In this document: one piece after another, positions 27,240 through 35,971 of the stretch
Position numbering within the stretch: the first letter of the stretch is position 1
Layout of the letters: each line of letters begins with the position of its first letter
Virus record (IMG/VR): IMGVR_UViG_2690315746_000001
Span: 21,703 to 85,702 of that record
DNA length: 64,000 nucleotides
Source: a virus
Taxonomy: Duplodnaviria; Caudoviricetes
Direction: 5' to 3' (one strand)
The notes under the pieces: model-generated
What the model was told of the DNA's origin: nothing
Databases searched by the model: none
Seen by the model: only the letters and a program-made list of their open reading frames with translations
Position numbers and translations under genes: made by a program

Positions 27240-27902
27240 ATGATCGTGCTGTTCGGGCACACGAAGGGCGGGGTCGGCAAGACGACCTGCGCCGTACAGA
27301 CAGCCATCGCCCGCGCGCGGGCCGGGCGCAAGGTGTGGCTGGTCGACGGGGACCCGCAGGGCTCCTCCATGGCGGCGATCCAGCTGCGCGCCGATGCCGG
27401 GGTGGTCCCGGAGATCGCCTGCTCGCTGTTCTCGGACAGCAAGCAGTTCAAGCAGCAGGTCCGGCTGCAGAAGGACGCCTTCGAGGACGTGATCCTCGAC
27501 GTCGGCGGCCGGGACACCGACACGCTACGCTTCGGGCTGATGATGGCCGACGTGGCCGTGGTGCCGTTCGCGCCGATGAGCCTCGACCTGTGGGCGATGC
27601 ACGACATGGCGAAGGCCGTGGAGAGCGTGACCGACGTGCGCGACGGCCTGGTCACCCTGGCGGTCATGAACCGGGCCGAGCCGCGCGAGCGGTCGGCGGA
27701 CAATGCCGAGGCCGCGGAGGCGGTGCGCGGGATCTCGACGTTCCGCTACCTCGAGGCGCCGCTGGTGAGCCGGAAGGCCTTCAGCGCCGCCACCGGCGCG
27801 GGGCTCGGCGTGATGGAGATGCCGAACCCGGACAAGAAGGCGGTAGCCGAGCTGGACCGGCTGATCGCGTCCGTGTTTGCTGCCCATACCGTGGAGGCGT
27901 GA
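27240..27902 (+). CDS. parA: ParA partition ATPase (short, type Ib / ParF-like)
   Basis: KGGVGKTT deviant Walker A, LVDGDPQGS, VILDVGG; no N-terminal HTH. Confidence 0.93.
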   Translation: MIVLFGHTKGGVGKTTCAVQTAIARARAGRKVWLVDGDPQGSSMAAIQLRADAGVVPEIACSLFSDSKQFKQQVRLQKDAFEDVILDVGGRDTDTLRFGLMMADVAVVPFAPMSLDLWAMHDMAKAVESVTDVRDGLVTLAVMNRAEPRERSADNAEAAEAVRGISTFRYLEAPLVSRKAFSAATGAGLGVMEMPNPDKKAVAELDRLIASVFAAHTVEA

Positions 27903-27903
27903 G

Positions 27904-28239
27904 ATGGCGCTGACGACCAAGAAGCCGATGATCCAGGACAGCGCGGCGGCGCCCCGGAAGAAGCTGCCGCACGAGCTGACCGACGAGGACTTCGAGAAGG
28001 TCACCGTCGCCGGCCGCGGCGGCGGCCCGGCTGCGGCGCCGGCTCAGCCGGCGGTCGAGGAGAAGCCGAAGGGCGTGAAGATGGGCAACAAGCGCCAGAT
28101 CAGCCACACGATCACGGCCGAGGACCTCGCCGAGGCCGATCGGTGGGCCAAGCGCCTCGGGCTCGGCCGGGCCGGCTTCATCAACATGGCCATCGCCGAG
28201 AAGACAGCGCGCCTGCGGGCCGAGATCGAGCCCAAATAG
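27904..28239 (+). CDS. ParG-like RHH centromere-binding partner
   Basis: Disordered N-term, C-term KRQISHTITAEDLAEADRWAKRLGLGRAGFINMAIAE; directly after parA. Confidence 0.75.
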   Translation: MALTTKKPMIQDSAAAPRKKLPHELTDEDFEKVTVAGRGGGPAAAPAQPAVEEKPKGVKMGNKRQISHTITAEDLAEADRWAKRLGLGRAGFINMAIAEKTARLRAEIEPK

Positions 28240-28240
28240 T

Positions 28241-28278
28241 GTTTCAATCTCGCATCAATATTGATGCGAGATTGCTTC
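28241..28278. repeat. Perfect 30-bp palindrome (motif C core) after par operon
   Basis: CAATCTCGCATCAAT|ATTGATGCGAGATTG at 28245-28274. Confidence 0.9.
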
Positions 28279-28279
28279 C

Positions 28280-28645
28280 CTATCGAATGGACGCCAGCTC
28301 GGGGAAGGGTCGCATGACGATCCCGGGCTGGTGGCAGGTCCCGGCGTCGACCCGGCTGCTGGGCGTGACCAGCGTCTCGCCCCGGACCTCGAACGGCTTG
28401 CGGTAGACCCCCACGTAGCCGCCGTAGGCGTTCTTCGCGTTGAACGCGACGCACACCACCTCCACGCCCTTCACCACGGCCCGGTCCGAGATCTCGGTCG
28501 AGCGCAACGAGTAGGGGTCGGAGAAGAAGTTCTTCGCCCATGCCAGCACCTGAGCCTTGTCGGCGCGGCTGGCCGGCTGCGCGGAAGCGGGGGAGGGGAG
28601 GGCGGTCAGCCCGGCGAGGAGGGCGAGGGTCAGGATCGAGCGCAT
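28280..28645 (-). CDS. Exported protein with signal peptide
   Basis: MRSILTLALLAGLTALPSPASA signal; VCVAFNAKNAYGGYVG motif with paired Cys. Confidence 0.8.
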   Translation of the reverse strand: MRSILTLALLAGLTALPSPASAQPASRADKAQVLAWAKNFFSDPYSLRSTEISDRAVVKGVEVVCVAFNAKNAYGGYVGVYRKPFEVRGETLVTPSSRVDAGTCHQPGIVMRPFPELASIR

Positions 28646-28739
28646 CCTCGAGACCTACCTCAGGGCTGCACTTCACCTCAAGAGGTTGCGCGCCTGGTGC
28701 GAGCGCAAGATCAGCGATTGGTGCGGCAAGTATAGAGTG

Positions 28740-28875
28740 CTAGTACCCGAAATCCAAAAATTTTAGAAAGAGTATTTCGAGCATAGTGTTATCCACAGGC
28801 GCAATTTTTCACAGAAAAAAGGGGGGCGGATGACAGATTTCGCTTGCGGCGGGGGCCGGGCCGCGCTAGATTACT
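28740..28875. promoter_or_regulatory. AT-rich region with DnaA box and sigma70-like promoter (origin or genome-end candidate)
   Basis: TTATCCACA 28789-97; A/T tracts; TTGCGG-N17-TAGATT 28844-72. Confidence 0.45.
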
Positions 28876-29009
28876 TGAGTAGAAAGGAGGTTAGGTTGGA
28901 CTAGGGGTTCGGGCAGGGGGCGATAGTCCCCACTATGCCCGGACTATGCCTTAGGTCTGACCTGCCTCTGACTACCCCACCATATACGAATATGGTGCCA
29001 ACCTAAGGG

Positions 29010-29849
29010 ATGAAGACAATGGCCGTTCGCACCGCTAACCCTGCCCTGACCTCTGACGCTGTTGCTAAGATCGGGTTCGACGCCCTGGTGGGCGCTGAGA
29101 ACTACAAAATCCACGCCTACAGCGCCTTTACCCTGCTATTCATGATGAATAGTGGTGTGGACCCGAAGCGGCTTCGGGCTAACCTCGCGGTGCGCGCCGC
29201 AGAGACGGGCGTTATCGCCGAAAATACCTGGCAGTCCTACGTCAAGGGCGTGGAGACGGCAGCCGACAAGTTCTCGACGCACCTGGCGTCGGACCCCGAG
29301 TTCCTGACCATACGGGATATGGGGCCGGAGGATGCGGTCGAGGCGGTGCGCCGGCTGTATGAGGCGGTCAACGTGGTGTCCGGGTCGGACATCCGGGAGT
29401 GGTCCAAGCTCGAAGGTTTCGAGCCCCTGGACAAGGCCGGGCTCAAGGCCAAGCGGGCGGCGGAAGCCAAGGCGCGCAAGCTCGCCGCTCAGAAGGCGGA
29501 AGCCGATGCGTTCTTCGCCAAGGCCCCTTGGGCCGGTGCGGAGGCGGAAGCCGGTGCGGGCGAGGCGGCCCCGGCGGACCCGATGGCGGCCCTGGCTGCC
29601 CTCCTCTCCACCCTGGACGAGGCATCCACCCTCAAGGCACTAGAGGCGGTCAACGCCCGGCTCGCGACCATGGCGAAGGCCAAGGCGGCGGCCCCGGCCC
29701 CCACCGTCGCCCCGGTCCTGGCGGACGACGCCACGCCGCACCCGCTTTCGGCCCTTGGCCGGGTCGTGCCGGCGAAGCTCAAGGGCGATGCCCTGGACAG
29801 CGCCGCGATGGCGGCCAAGCCCCCGGTGCGCCCGAACAAGGCGGCCTAG
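29010..29849 (+). CDS. Hypothetical early protein
   Basis: 279 aa, flanked by motif B at 28980 and 29866; distinct codon usage. Confidence 0.75.
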   Translation: MKTMAVRTANPALTSDAVAKIGFDALVGAENYKIHAYSAFTLLFMMNSGVDPKRLRANLAVRAAETGVIAENTWQSYVKGVETAADKFSTHLASDPEFLTIRDMGPEDAVEAVRRLYEAVNVVSGSDIREWSKLEGFEPLDKAGLKAKRAAEAKARKLAAQKAEADAFFAKAPWAGAEAEAGAGEAAPADPMAALAALLSTLDEASTLKALEAVNARLATMAKAKAAAPAPTVAPVLADDATPHPLSALGRVVPAKLKGDALDSAAMAAKPPVRPNKAA

Positions 29850-30052
29850 GGCCCCGCACCGGGCGCCATATTCGAATATGGCGCCCAACCCCGCCAGGGC
29901 CCGCCAGGGCCGGCCCTGGCCCCCGTCCAGCCCCTCGCGCCTACCGGCGCGCCCATCGCCGCCCACGGGCCGCCTGGGCGCCCCTGTATGCGTGCCCGGT
30001 GCGCGTACCTGCGCCGGTCCCCTCCACCATATCCGAATATGGGAGCCACGAG

Positions 30053-30427
30053 ATGGCCCACGCCAATCCCGAGTTCGCGCTCGCCTGCCGCGCGCACCGT
30101 GATCCGCCGCTGCGCCACCAGACGCCGCCGCCCGCGACCCTGGGCCAGCTTCGCGCCCGGATGCGCCAGATCGGCGAGCTGATCGACATCGGCTATCCGG
30201 TCGCGCCCGATGAACGCGAGGCATATCGGATATGGCTCCAGGTGCGGCGCCAGGATCGCCGGCAGGCCGCGCGCGAGGCTCAGATCCGCGACGCCACCGC
30301 CGAGCCACGCGGCGGGATGCACGGCGCCGATAAGCGCGGTGAGCGGTTCGCCGAGCCCAAGCGCCGGCTGCCGGCCGACGTGCAGGCCGGCCGCGTGAAG
30401 CTCCGGCGCGGCACGCTCACGCGATGA
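30053..30427 (+). CDS. Hypothetical protein
   Basis: SD GGGAG, MAHANPEFALACRAH..., preceded by motif B 30027. Confidence 0.55.
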   Translation: MAHANPEFALACRAHRDPPLRHQTPPPATLGQLRARMRQIGELIDIGYPVAPDEREAYRIWLQVRRQDRRQAAREAQIRDATAEPRGGMHGADKRGERFAEPKRRLPADVQAGRVKLRRGTLTR

Positions 30428-30589
30428 TCGTGGGTCGAACGCGGAGGCGGCCGACGCCGCCACCACACTGGTTCTGGGCGATCGGCCCACCATGACCCGC
30501 ACCGGCTTTGCGGTCCCGGTGCGGGGCCACGATCCGTGGTGGGCCGGGCTTTGGGTCCCGGCCGCCATATCGAATATGGGAGACGCGCG

Positions 30590-30679
30590 ATGCAGTTCTG
30601 GTTCTGGTTCATGGCCTGGTTGGGCGCCTGGTGCGCGCTCGCGGAGTGGCTGCTTCCGGCCGTGCCGGGGTCGTTCTGA
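30590..30679 (+). CDS. 29-aa Trp-rich hydrophobic peptide
   Basis: SD GGGAG; MQFWFWFMAWLGAWCALAEWLLPAVPGSF. Confidence 0.45.
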   Translation: MQFWFWFMAWLGAWCALAEWLLPAVPGSF

Positions 30680-30711
30680 GCCCGGGGCCCTCTGTACGTT
30701 TCGTGCATGAA

Positions 30712-30779
30712 CCACTACACTCGCGTAGTGGGAGGCCGTAGTGGGTTGCGCCAGGCTGGTAGTGGGATTTCGTAGTGGG
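30712..30779 (+). repeat. Four GTAGTGGG direct repeats plus one inverted copy
   Basis: 30725, 30738, 30759, 30772 (spacing 13/21/13); CCACTAC at 30712. Confidence 0.85.
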
Positions 30780-30874
30780 TCGCGTGATGTCGGCCGGTGT
30801 GAATTGCCGCGCGCCGCCGCTAAGTACCTCTCTTTCTTCTTCTTTCTCCTCCCTAGCTGGGATTGGGATAGAAA

Positions 30875-30973
30875 GTAGTGGTCAACAACCTCAAATCGCT
30901 GTTAGGGGGAACTCGTACATTCCGGGAATGTACAAGTTATATTAAGGAGAAATGGGGGGTTGTTGACCACTAC
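30875..30973. repeat. Concentric nested inverted repeats centred on 30924
   Basis: Outer GTAGTGGTCAACAACC / GGTTGTTGACCACTAC; inner GTACATTCC-G-GGAATGTAC. Confidence 0.9.
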
Positions 30974-31033
30974 CCTCATCCCCGCCGCGCCTGCCCGCCT
31001 TCTGTTGTCCGTTTCGTACCGACTGAGGAGACC

Positions 31034-31639
31034 ATGAAACGCCTCGACGACCTGCCCCGCCACCTCCGGTCCAAGATCCGCCTGGAGCCGGCCGACGCAC
31101 CGGAGACCGAAGCGTGCTGGATCTGGACGGGCTCGGCCCAGAAGCCGCGCCGGCGCCTGCGCCCGTATGCGCCGATCGAGAACGAGAACCCCCGCGTGCG
31201 CCCGCGCCACTTCGCCGGGAGCTTCGTGAACGACCGCGAGACGCCCATGGTGCGCGATCCCAGCCTCGGCTACGCCGTCGCCGCGCACCGGGTGACGTAT
31301 GCGGCTGCGACCGACCGCACGACCGCGAGCCTGCCGCGCCTGTCGCGCTGCTCCTGCGATCGGTGCGTGAGCCCGCACCACGTCCACGAGCTTGACGAGG
31401 TGTCGCCCCGTTCGCGTGGCCGCACCCGCGGAGGCATCGTCGCCCCCGAGCCCGAGGTCAACGGCGCCCCGGTGCCCAGTGCCAAGACCTGGGATCTCCT
31501 CACCGCCGAGGACGGGCCCATGATCGAGGTGGGCGTGGATGCCGCCTGTGCTGAAGTGGGCCTGCCTCCGGGCTCGATCACGCCCGCGATGTGGGACCGC
31601 TTCGTGAAGTGGTCGCTCGCGCGCGACGGGGCCGGCTGA
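31034..31639 (+). CDS. His-Cys-box / HNH-like nuclease (possibly degenerate)
   Basis: SD GAGGAG; CWIWTG ... AHRVTY ... RCSCDRCVSPHHV. Confidence 0.7.
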   Translation: MKRLDDLPRHLRSKIRLEPADAPETEACWIWTGSAQKPRRRLRPYAPIENENPRVRPRHFAGSFVNDRETPMVRDPSLGYAVAAHRVTYAAATDRTTASLPRLSRCSCDRCVSPHHVHELDEVSPRSRGRTRGGIVAPEPEVNGAPVPSAKTWDLLTAEDGPMIEVGVDAACAEVGLPPGSITPAMWDRFVKWSLARDGAG

Positions 31640-32026
31640 CCCGGCCATATCCGATATGGCTTGGCCGCGTAACGCTGCGGTAATCTTCAACCACGGCGTG
31701 AGCCGCCCGCCCGGTACGAAGCGGACACCAACCCCGATCGCGGGTGTCCGCCTCCTGACCCAAACGATGAATGATTGGTGAATGGGCAGGCCGAAAACGG
31801 CCGCAGGTCTGGTGAATAAGTGTTCATGGGACTGTGCATGTGTCCCACAAAGGCACACATATCTCCGAACGACCGCGGGCTGCCGCGCACACCGGCCCCT
31901 GGTATCCGTACAGCCGCGGATGTACGGTTCGTGCAGAAAGTTGCGCTGAACCACTACGTTCGGGTTGCGTACCCATCCAGATATGGGTATGTCCGCCACC
32001 TCCCCAGCAAGCAGAGGAGCAATCGA

Positions 32027-32443
32027 ATGGCGGACAGCCATGTCGACCGCCTGCGCGCCATCTACGATGCGCTCGCGACCGCGGCGCCCGGGATCTCCCA
32101 CGACGAGTACCGGGCGTTCCTGCACGTCGCCGACCACCCGGGCGCGAGCCAGCGCGAGGTGCAGGACGCCCTCGGCATCCCGCAGTCGAGCGCGAGCCGG
32201 CACCTGGCCAACCTCAACGGATCGGGCTTCGGCCTGGTCGATGCGGAAGCCTGCCTCGGCAAGCGCACCAATCTCCGGCTGTCGCCCAAGGGCCGGCAGC
32301 TGCTCGCCCAGCTGGCGCTGATCCTGGGGTGCTTCGTGGCCGCCCACTGCAGCTTGCTCGACGACATCGACTGCAGCACGCCGTCGCCCCCGGGCTACGA
32401 CCGCTGCGCCGACCCGGCGACCTTCTCCTGCGACCTGAGCTGA
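32027..32443 (+). CDS. MarR-like winged-helix regulator with Cys-rich tail
   Basis: SD GAGGAG; HPGASQREVQDALGIPQSSASRHLANL...LRLSPKGR. Confidence 0.8.
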   Translation: MADSHVDRLRAIYDALATAAPGISHDEYRAFLHVADHPGASQREVQDALGIPQSSASRHLANLNGSGFGLVDAEACLGKRTNLRLSPKGRQLLAQLALILGCFVAAHCSLLDDIDCSTPSPPGYDRCADPATFSCDLS

Positions 32444-32618
32444 GCCAGGTCATCCACAACCGCGACGCAACCCAGGGTGCCCTCGCCCCGTCGTTGACGT
32501 AAACCAGAACGAAATGAGAACATCCGCGGCAACAACCCGTTGTCGGCCCGGGTGTGTCGCAACCAGGCGCCCGGCCCTCGCTGGCCGGCGGCCATATCCA
32601 ATATGATGGGGTCTCGAG

Positions 32619-32990
32619 ATGACGACGCCGAGCGTGAACAGCATCCTCACCGGCATGGCCGACACGCTCGGCGTCCCAGCGCGGTGGACGAAGGGCTTCA
32701 TGGCTCGCGACGCCGAGGGCCACCAGGTCGAGCCAACGAGCCCGCAGGCCGCCTGCTGGTGCATCTACGGCTCGATGGAGCTGGAGCTGGTCCGCCAGGG
32801 CGCCCCAGACGGCCTGCGGGTCACGGTCGAGGACGTGCTGCTCGACGTGGCGCGCGAGGAGCTGGATCGGCCGGCCCTGATGGAAGGCGGGCTCAGCCTC
32901 ATCAACGACAGCCGCTACACCACGCACGAGGAGATGTGCGACCTGATCCAGCGCGGCATCCGCCGCGCTGCCACCGGCACTCCGAGCTAG
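32619..32990 (+). CDS. Conserved phage protein (DUF6197-like)
   Basis: WTKG..ARD...ACWCIYGS...INDS..TTHEE pattern. Confidence 0.6.
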   Translation: MTTPSVNSILTGMADTLGVPARWTKGFMARDAEGHQVEPTSPQAACWCIYGSMELELVRQGAPDGLRVTVEDVLLDVAREELDRPALMEGGLSLINDSRYTTHEEMCDLIQRGIRRAATGTPS

Positions 32991-33763
32991 ACCTCGGCCA
33001 TGGCCGACTTGAACGCCTTCCGGCGCACCAGCATCGCCGGCCAGATGTGCTCCAGGTGCTCGAGCAGGGCCTCGGGGTTGATCACGTCGACCCGCGCGAC
33101 GTCGCGCCGGATGAGGCCGCGGGTCTCGAGCCTGGCGAGCATCTCGGTGATGGAAGGCCGCCGCGCGCCCATGCGCTTGGCGATGAACGGCTGCGAGAAG
33201 GGCAGGGTCTTCTCGTTCGACACGTACCAGGCCCGCGTCAGGAACGAGATCAGCCTGTCCTCGGTCGCGAGGGCAACCGAGCCGCCCATCACCTCCCAGG
33301 CCTCCGTGAGCGCCAGGTCCGCGTACCGGCCGATGATCGCCCGCGACTTCGGGCACTCGTCCAGCAGCCGGCGCGCCGCCTGCGTGCTGCACTGGAAGGC
33401 CGGCGCGTCCAGCTCGACGACCGCCTGGTAGTTGCTCGGCACCTCGGAGAGCAGGGCAGGGAAGCCCACGATGTCCTCATCCCCGCACATCGCCGACTGG
33501 ATCGCCTGCTTCTTCCAGTCCGAGACGGGGGACACCAGGATGGACACCAAGCCGTCGACCGGGAAGTAGATCAGCGACGGGCGAACGCCCGCATGTATAA
33601 TAAGCTGACCGGACTTTAGATGTACGCGCTCAATAAGATCAGCCCAGTCTTTGTTGACGCTTATCAGGGCCTGTAGAATAATATTGGTCCGGCCAGATAT
33701 GTTGTACTTCTGTGCAAATTTGGTCATCATCTTGAGCCCCAGTGTAGGCTGCCTGCGCACCAC
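32987..33763 (-). CDS. Crp/Fnr-family transcriptional regulator
   Basis: IYFPVDGLVSI cNMP-like domain, EDRLISFL, FSQPFIAKRMGARRPSITEML HTH; AT-rich 5' end; start likely 33730/33727. Confidence 0.88.
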   Translation of the reverse strand: MVRRQPTLGLKMMTKFAQKYNISGRTNIILQALISVNKDWADLIERVHLKSGQLIIHAGVRPSLIYFPVDGLVSILVSPVSDWKKQAIQSAMCGDEDIVGFPALLSEVPSNYQAVVELDAPAFQCSTQAARRLLDECPKSRAIIGRYADLALTEAWEVMGGSVALATEDRLISFLTRAWYVSNEKTLPFSQPFIAKRMGARRPSITEMLARLETRGLIRRDVARVDVINPEALLEHLEHIWPAMLVRRKAFKSAMAEV

Positions 33764-34288
33764 CCCAGGGGCCGCGCTAGACAGTCATTCAAATCCTCGG
33801 TGTAGTTGCATTCGTCATATCCAATATGGCCGAGACGGGTGGTGGTTCAGACGCGGGGCGCATTCTGGGTCCCTGATCTTTGTCCGACACGGTGCGTTCG
33901 CACTCTGCCGAGTATCGCTAGTACGAGCCGTACACAACCCCAGTTGTCAAGCGGCTGTGCCGTCGAACTAGGGTGATTCGCTGAAAAATCATTCAGGCAC
34001 CTACTGCAAAGAGGCGCCTGTGCCAACACACCAGGCCATGTGCCTGGGCTGTGCCTGGGCATCATTGGATGTCCGATCCGTACAACTTTTCCACTAGCGT
34101 CGTTGTAACCAAAGGGTTAAATGGAGCCCTACCACATGCGCCAGTCACCGGTGACGCCACAGCAAGAGGCCAATCTGCTCCTGATCGCCGACCAGGAACG
34201 CCGTCGAAAGGAGCGGGAGGCCCAGGCCGCCCAGCCCTTTCGCCGTGTCCGTGCCTGATTGTCCGAACCGTACCGAGGAGGCGACATC

Positions 34289-34573
34289 ATGTTCCAGCTC
34301 AGCGCCACGCCGGCCATCTACCGCCCGGACGGGTTCGAGTTTCAGCCGCTCGACCCGGACAAGATCGTGAAGCGCACCAGCGCCACGACCATGCACGAGA
34401 TGCGCGAGGCCCTCGACGCCTTCGTCGAGGAGCTGCCCGGCACCAAGAGCTTCATCGTGTTCGGCCACTGGCCGCGCGTCGCCGGCAAGCCGCCGCGCGG
34501 GTTCAAGGCCGCGTGCGACCGCAACGAGTTCACCCGCCATGTGAAGCGCGAGCACACGCGGACCGGGGACTGA
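34289..34573 (+). CDS. Hypothetical protein
   Basis: SD GAGGAGG; MFQLSATPAIY; preceded by motif A 34260. Confidence 0.7.
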   Translation: MFQLSATPAIYRPDGFEFQPLDPDKIVKRTSATTMHEMREALDAFVEELPGTKSFIVFGHWPRVAGKPPRGFKAACDRNEFTRHVKREHTRTGD

Positions 34574-34652
34574 CCAGGGGTCGACCTCACAGCCGCCAGC
34601 CGTATTCGATATGGCTTCACGCTTGTTTCAATATTGAAGCGGGATTGAAACG

Positions 34653-34853
34653 ATGTCCCAGCCCGACCCCAAGCTTCTCACCACCGCGATCGACGTGATC
34701 GAGCGCTGGCACCGGACCTGCCGCCGCTACGACCTCGGCAACGCCAGCGGCGCCGACATGAGCCTCGCCCGCGAGGATGCCGACCGCGCGCTGAAGCGCG
34801 CCGCCGACGCGGGCCACGACATCACCGACCTGCGCAAGGAGAACGACCTGTGA
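34653..34853 (+). CDS. Hypothetical protein
   Basis: 66 aa after B+C module. Confidence 0.6.
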   Translation: MSQPDPKLLTTAIDVIERWHRTCRRYDLGNASGADMSLAREDADRALKRAADAGHDITDLRKENDL

Positions 34854-35056
34854 GCGCTGAGCACATCACCGTCAGCTTCAGCACCGGCAGCGCGGCCTTC
34901 GCCGACAGCCCGACCACCGAGATCGCCCGCATCCTGCGGGAGATCGCAGACCGCTTCGAGCAGGACGGCCTCTCCGGGGTCGCGATCTACGACCTCAACG
35001 GCAACTTCGTCGGCGAGGTCAGGGTCGCTGAGATCGAGGAGGAGAACGTCGAATGA
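34850..35056 (+). CDS. Hypothetical conserved phage protein
   Basis: AAF...EIARILREIAD...IYDLNGNFVGE; GTGA coupling. Confidence 0.7.
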   Translation: MSAEHITVSFSTGSAAFADSPTTEIARILREIADRFEQDGLSGVAIYDLNGNFVGEVRVAEIEEENVE

Positions 35057-35232
35057 GCCTCATCACCGGGACCTACCGCGGGGTGCGCAAGCGCCTCCGG
35101 GGCGAGACCGCGATGCTCGAGCCGCGCCCGGGCGGCTGGGCCGCCCAGTTCGATCGCCTCCACCACCGCGAAGCCCATGGCTGGTGGTTCTTCCCCGCCG
35201 ACGACTTCGAGGTCCACGTCCGCCAGCCATAA
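35053..35232 (+). CDS. Hypothetical 59-aa protein
   Basis: ATGA coupling with SD GGAG; MSLITGTYRG...GWWFFPADDFEV. Confidence 0.55.
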   Translation: MSLITGTYRGVRKRLRGETAMLEPRPGGWAAQFDRLHHREAHGWWFFPADDFEVHVRQP

Positions 35233-35276
35233 CCAATATGGCTGCCACGTTGTTTCAATATTGATACGAGGTTGAA

Positions 35277-35957
35277 ATGACCACTGCTCTCGCCATCCGC
35301 CCGATGCCGCCCGCCCAGGCCTGGGGCTACGCCGCGACCTGGGGCAGCTTCATGAAGAGCGGCGACCCGGGCGCCTGCATGTACGGGTTCGACGAGACCT
35401 TCGCCGTCCAGCACGAGGACCACCGCCAGGCCTGCCTGACCTGGGTCGAGGGCTGCCGCGCCGACGTGCGCCGCAACCCGACCGCGTTCGAGCACCGCGA
35501 GCTGGACCAGCTGACCGCCCTCGAGGGTGCGCTCCGCTCCGCGCCGACCGACGAGGAGGTCCGCGCCCGGCTCGCCAGCCTCGACGAGTTCACCACGGCC
35601 TACGCCCAGGCCGCGCTGTTCTTCGAGAACGACAACAGCGACGAAGAGACCGGCGGCGAGCCCTTCGACCGCAATTACGGGCTGGCCCACATCCACCCCA
35701 CCACCCTGGCGCGCATGGTCGACGACTGCCAGCGCTTCCAGCGCGACCACGCCGCGACCCTGGCGCGCTGCACCGGCGGTGGGCTCTCCCAGGCCGGCCA
35801 CGACTTCTGGCTCACCCGCAACCGGCACGGCACCGGGTTCTGGGACCGCGACGATCGCGTCTGGGACAAGGCCGCCCGCGACGAGCTGACCGCCAGCTCG
35901 CACCGCTGGGGCGAGATCGACCTCTACCTGGGCGACGACGGCAAGATCCACTCCTGA
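35277..35957 (+). CDS. Hypothetical conserved phage protein
   Basis: AGHDFWLTRNRHGTGFWDR motif; after B+C module. Confidence 0.75.
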   Translation: MTTALAIRPMPPAQAWGYAATWGSFMKSGDPGACMYGFDETFAVQHEDHRQACLTWVEGCRADVRRNPTAFEHRELDQLTALEGALRSAPTDEEVRARLASLDEFTTAYAQAALFFENDNSDEETGGEPFDRNYGLAHIHPTTLARMVDDCQRFQRDHAATLARCTGGGLSQAGHDFWLTRNRHGTGFWDRDDRVWDKAARDELTASSHRWGEIDLYLGDDGKIHS

Positions 35958-35971
35958 GAGGCATATCCGAT

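Noticed and set aside
28245-28274. 30-bp perfect palindrome as a protelomerase telRL site
   Set aside because: No protelomerase in the window, and the core is shared with five other motif C sites; cannot be fully excluded without the rest of the genome
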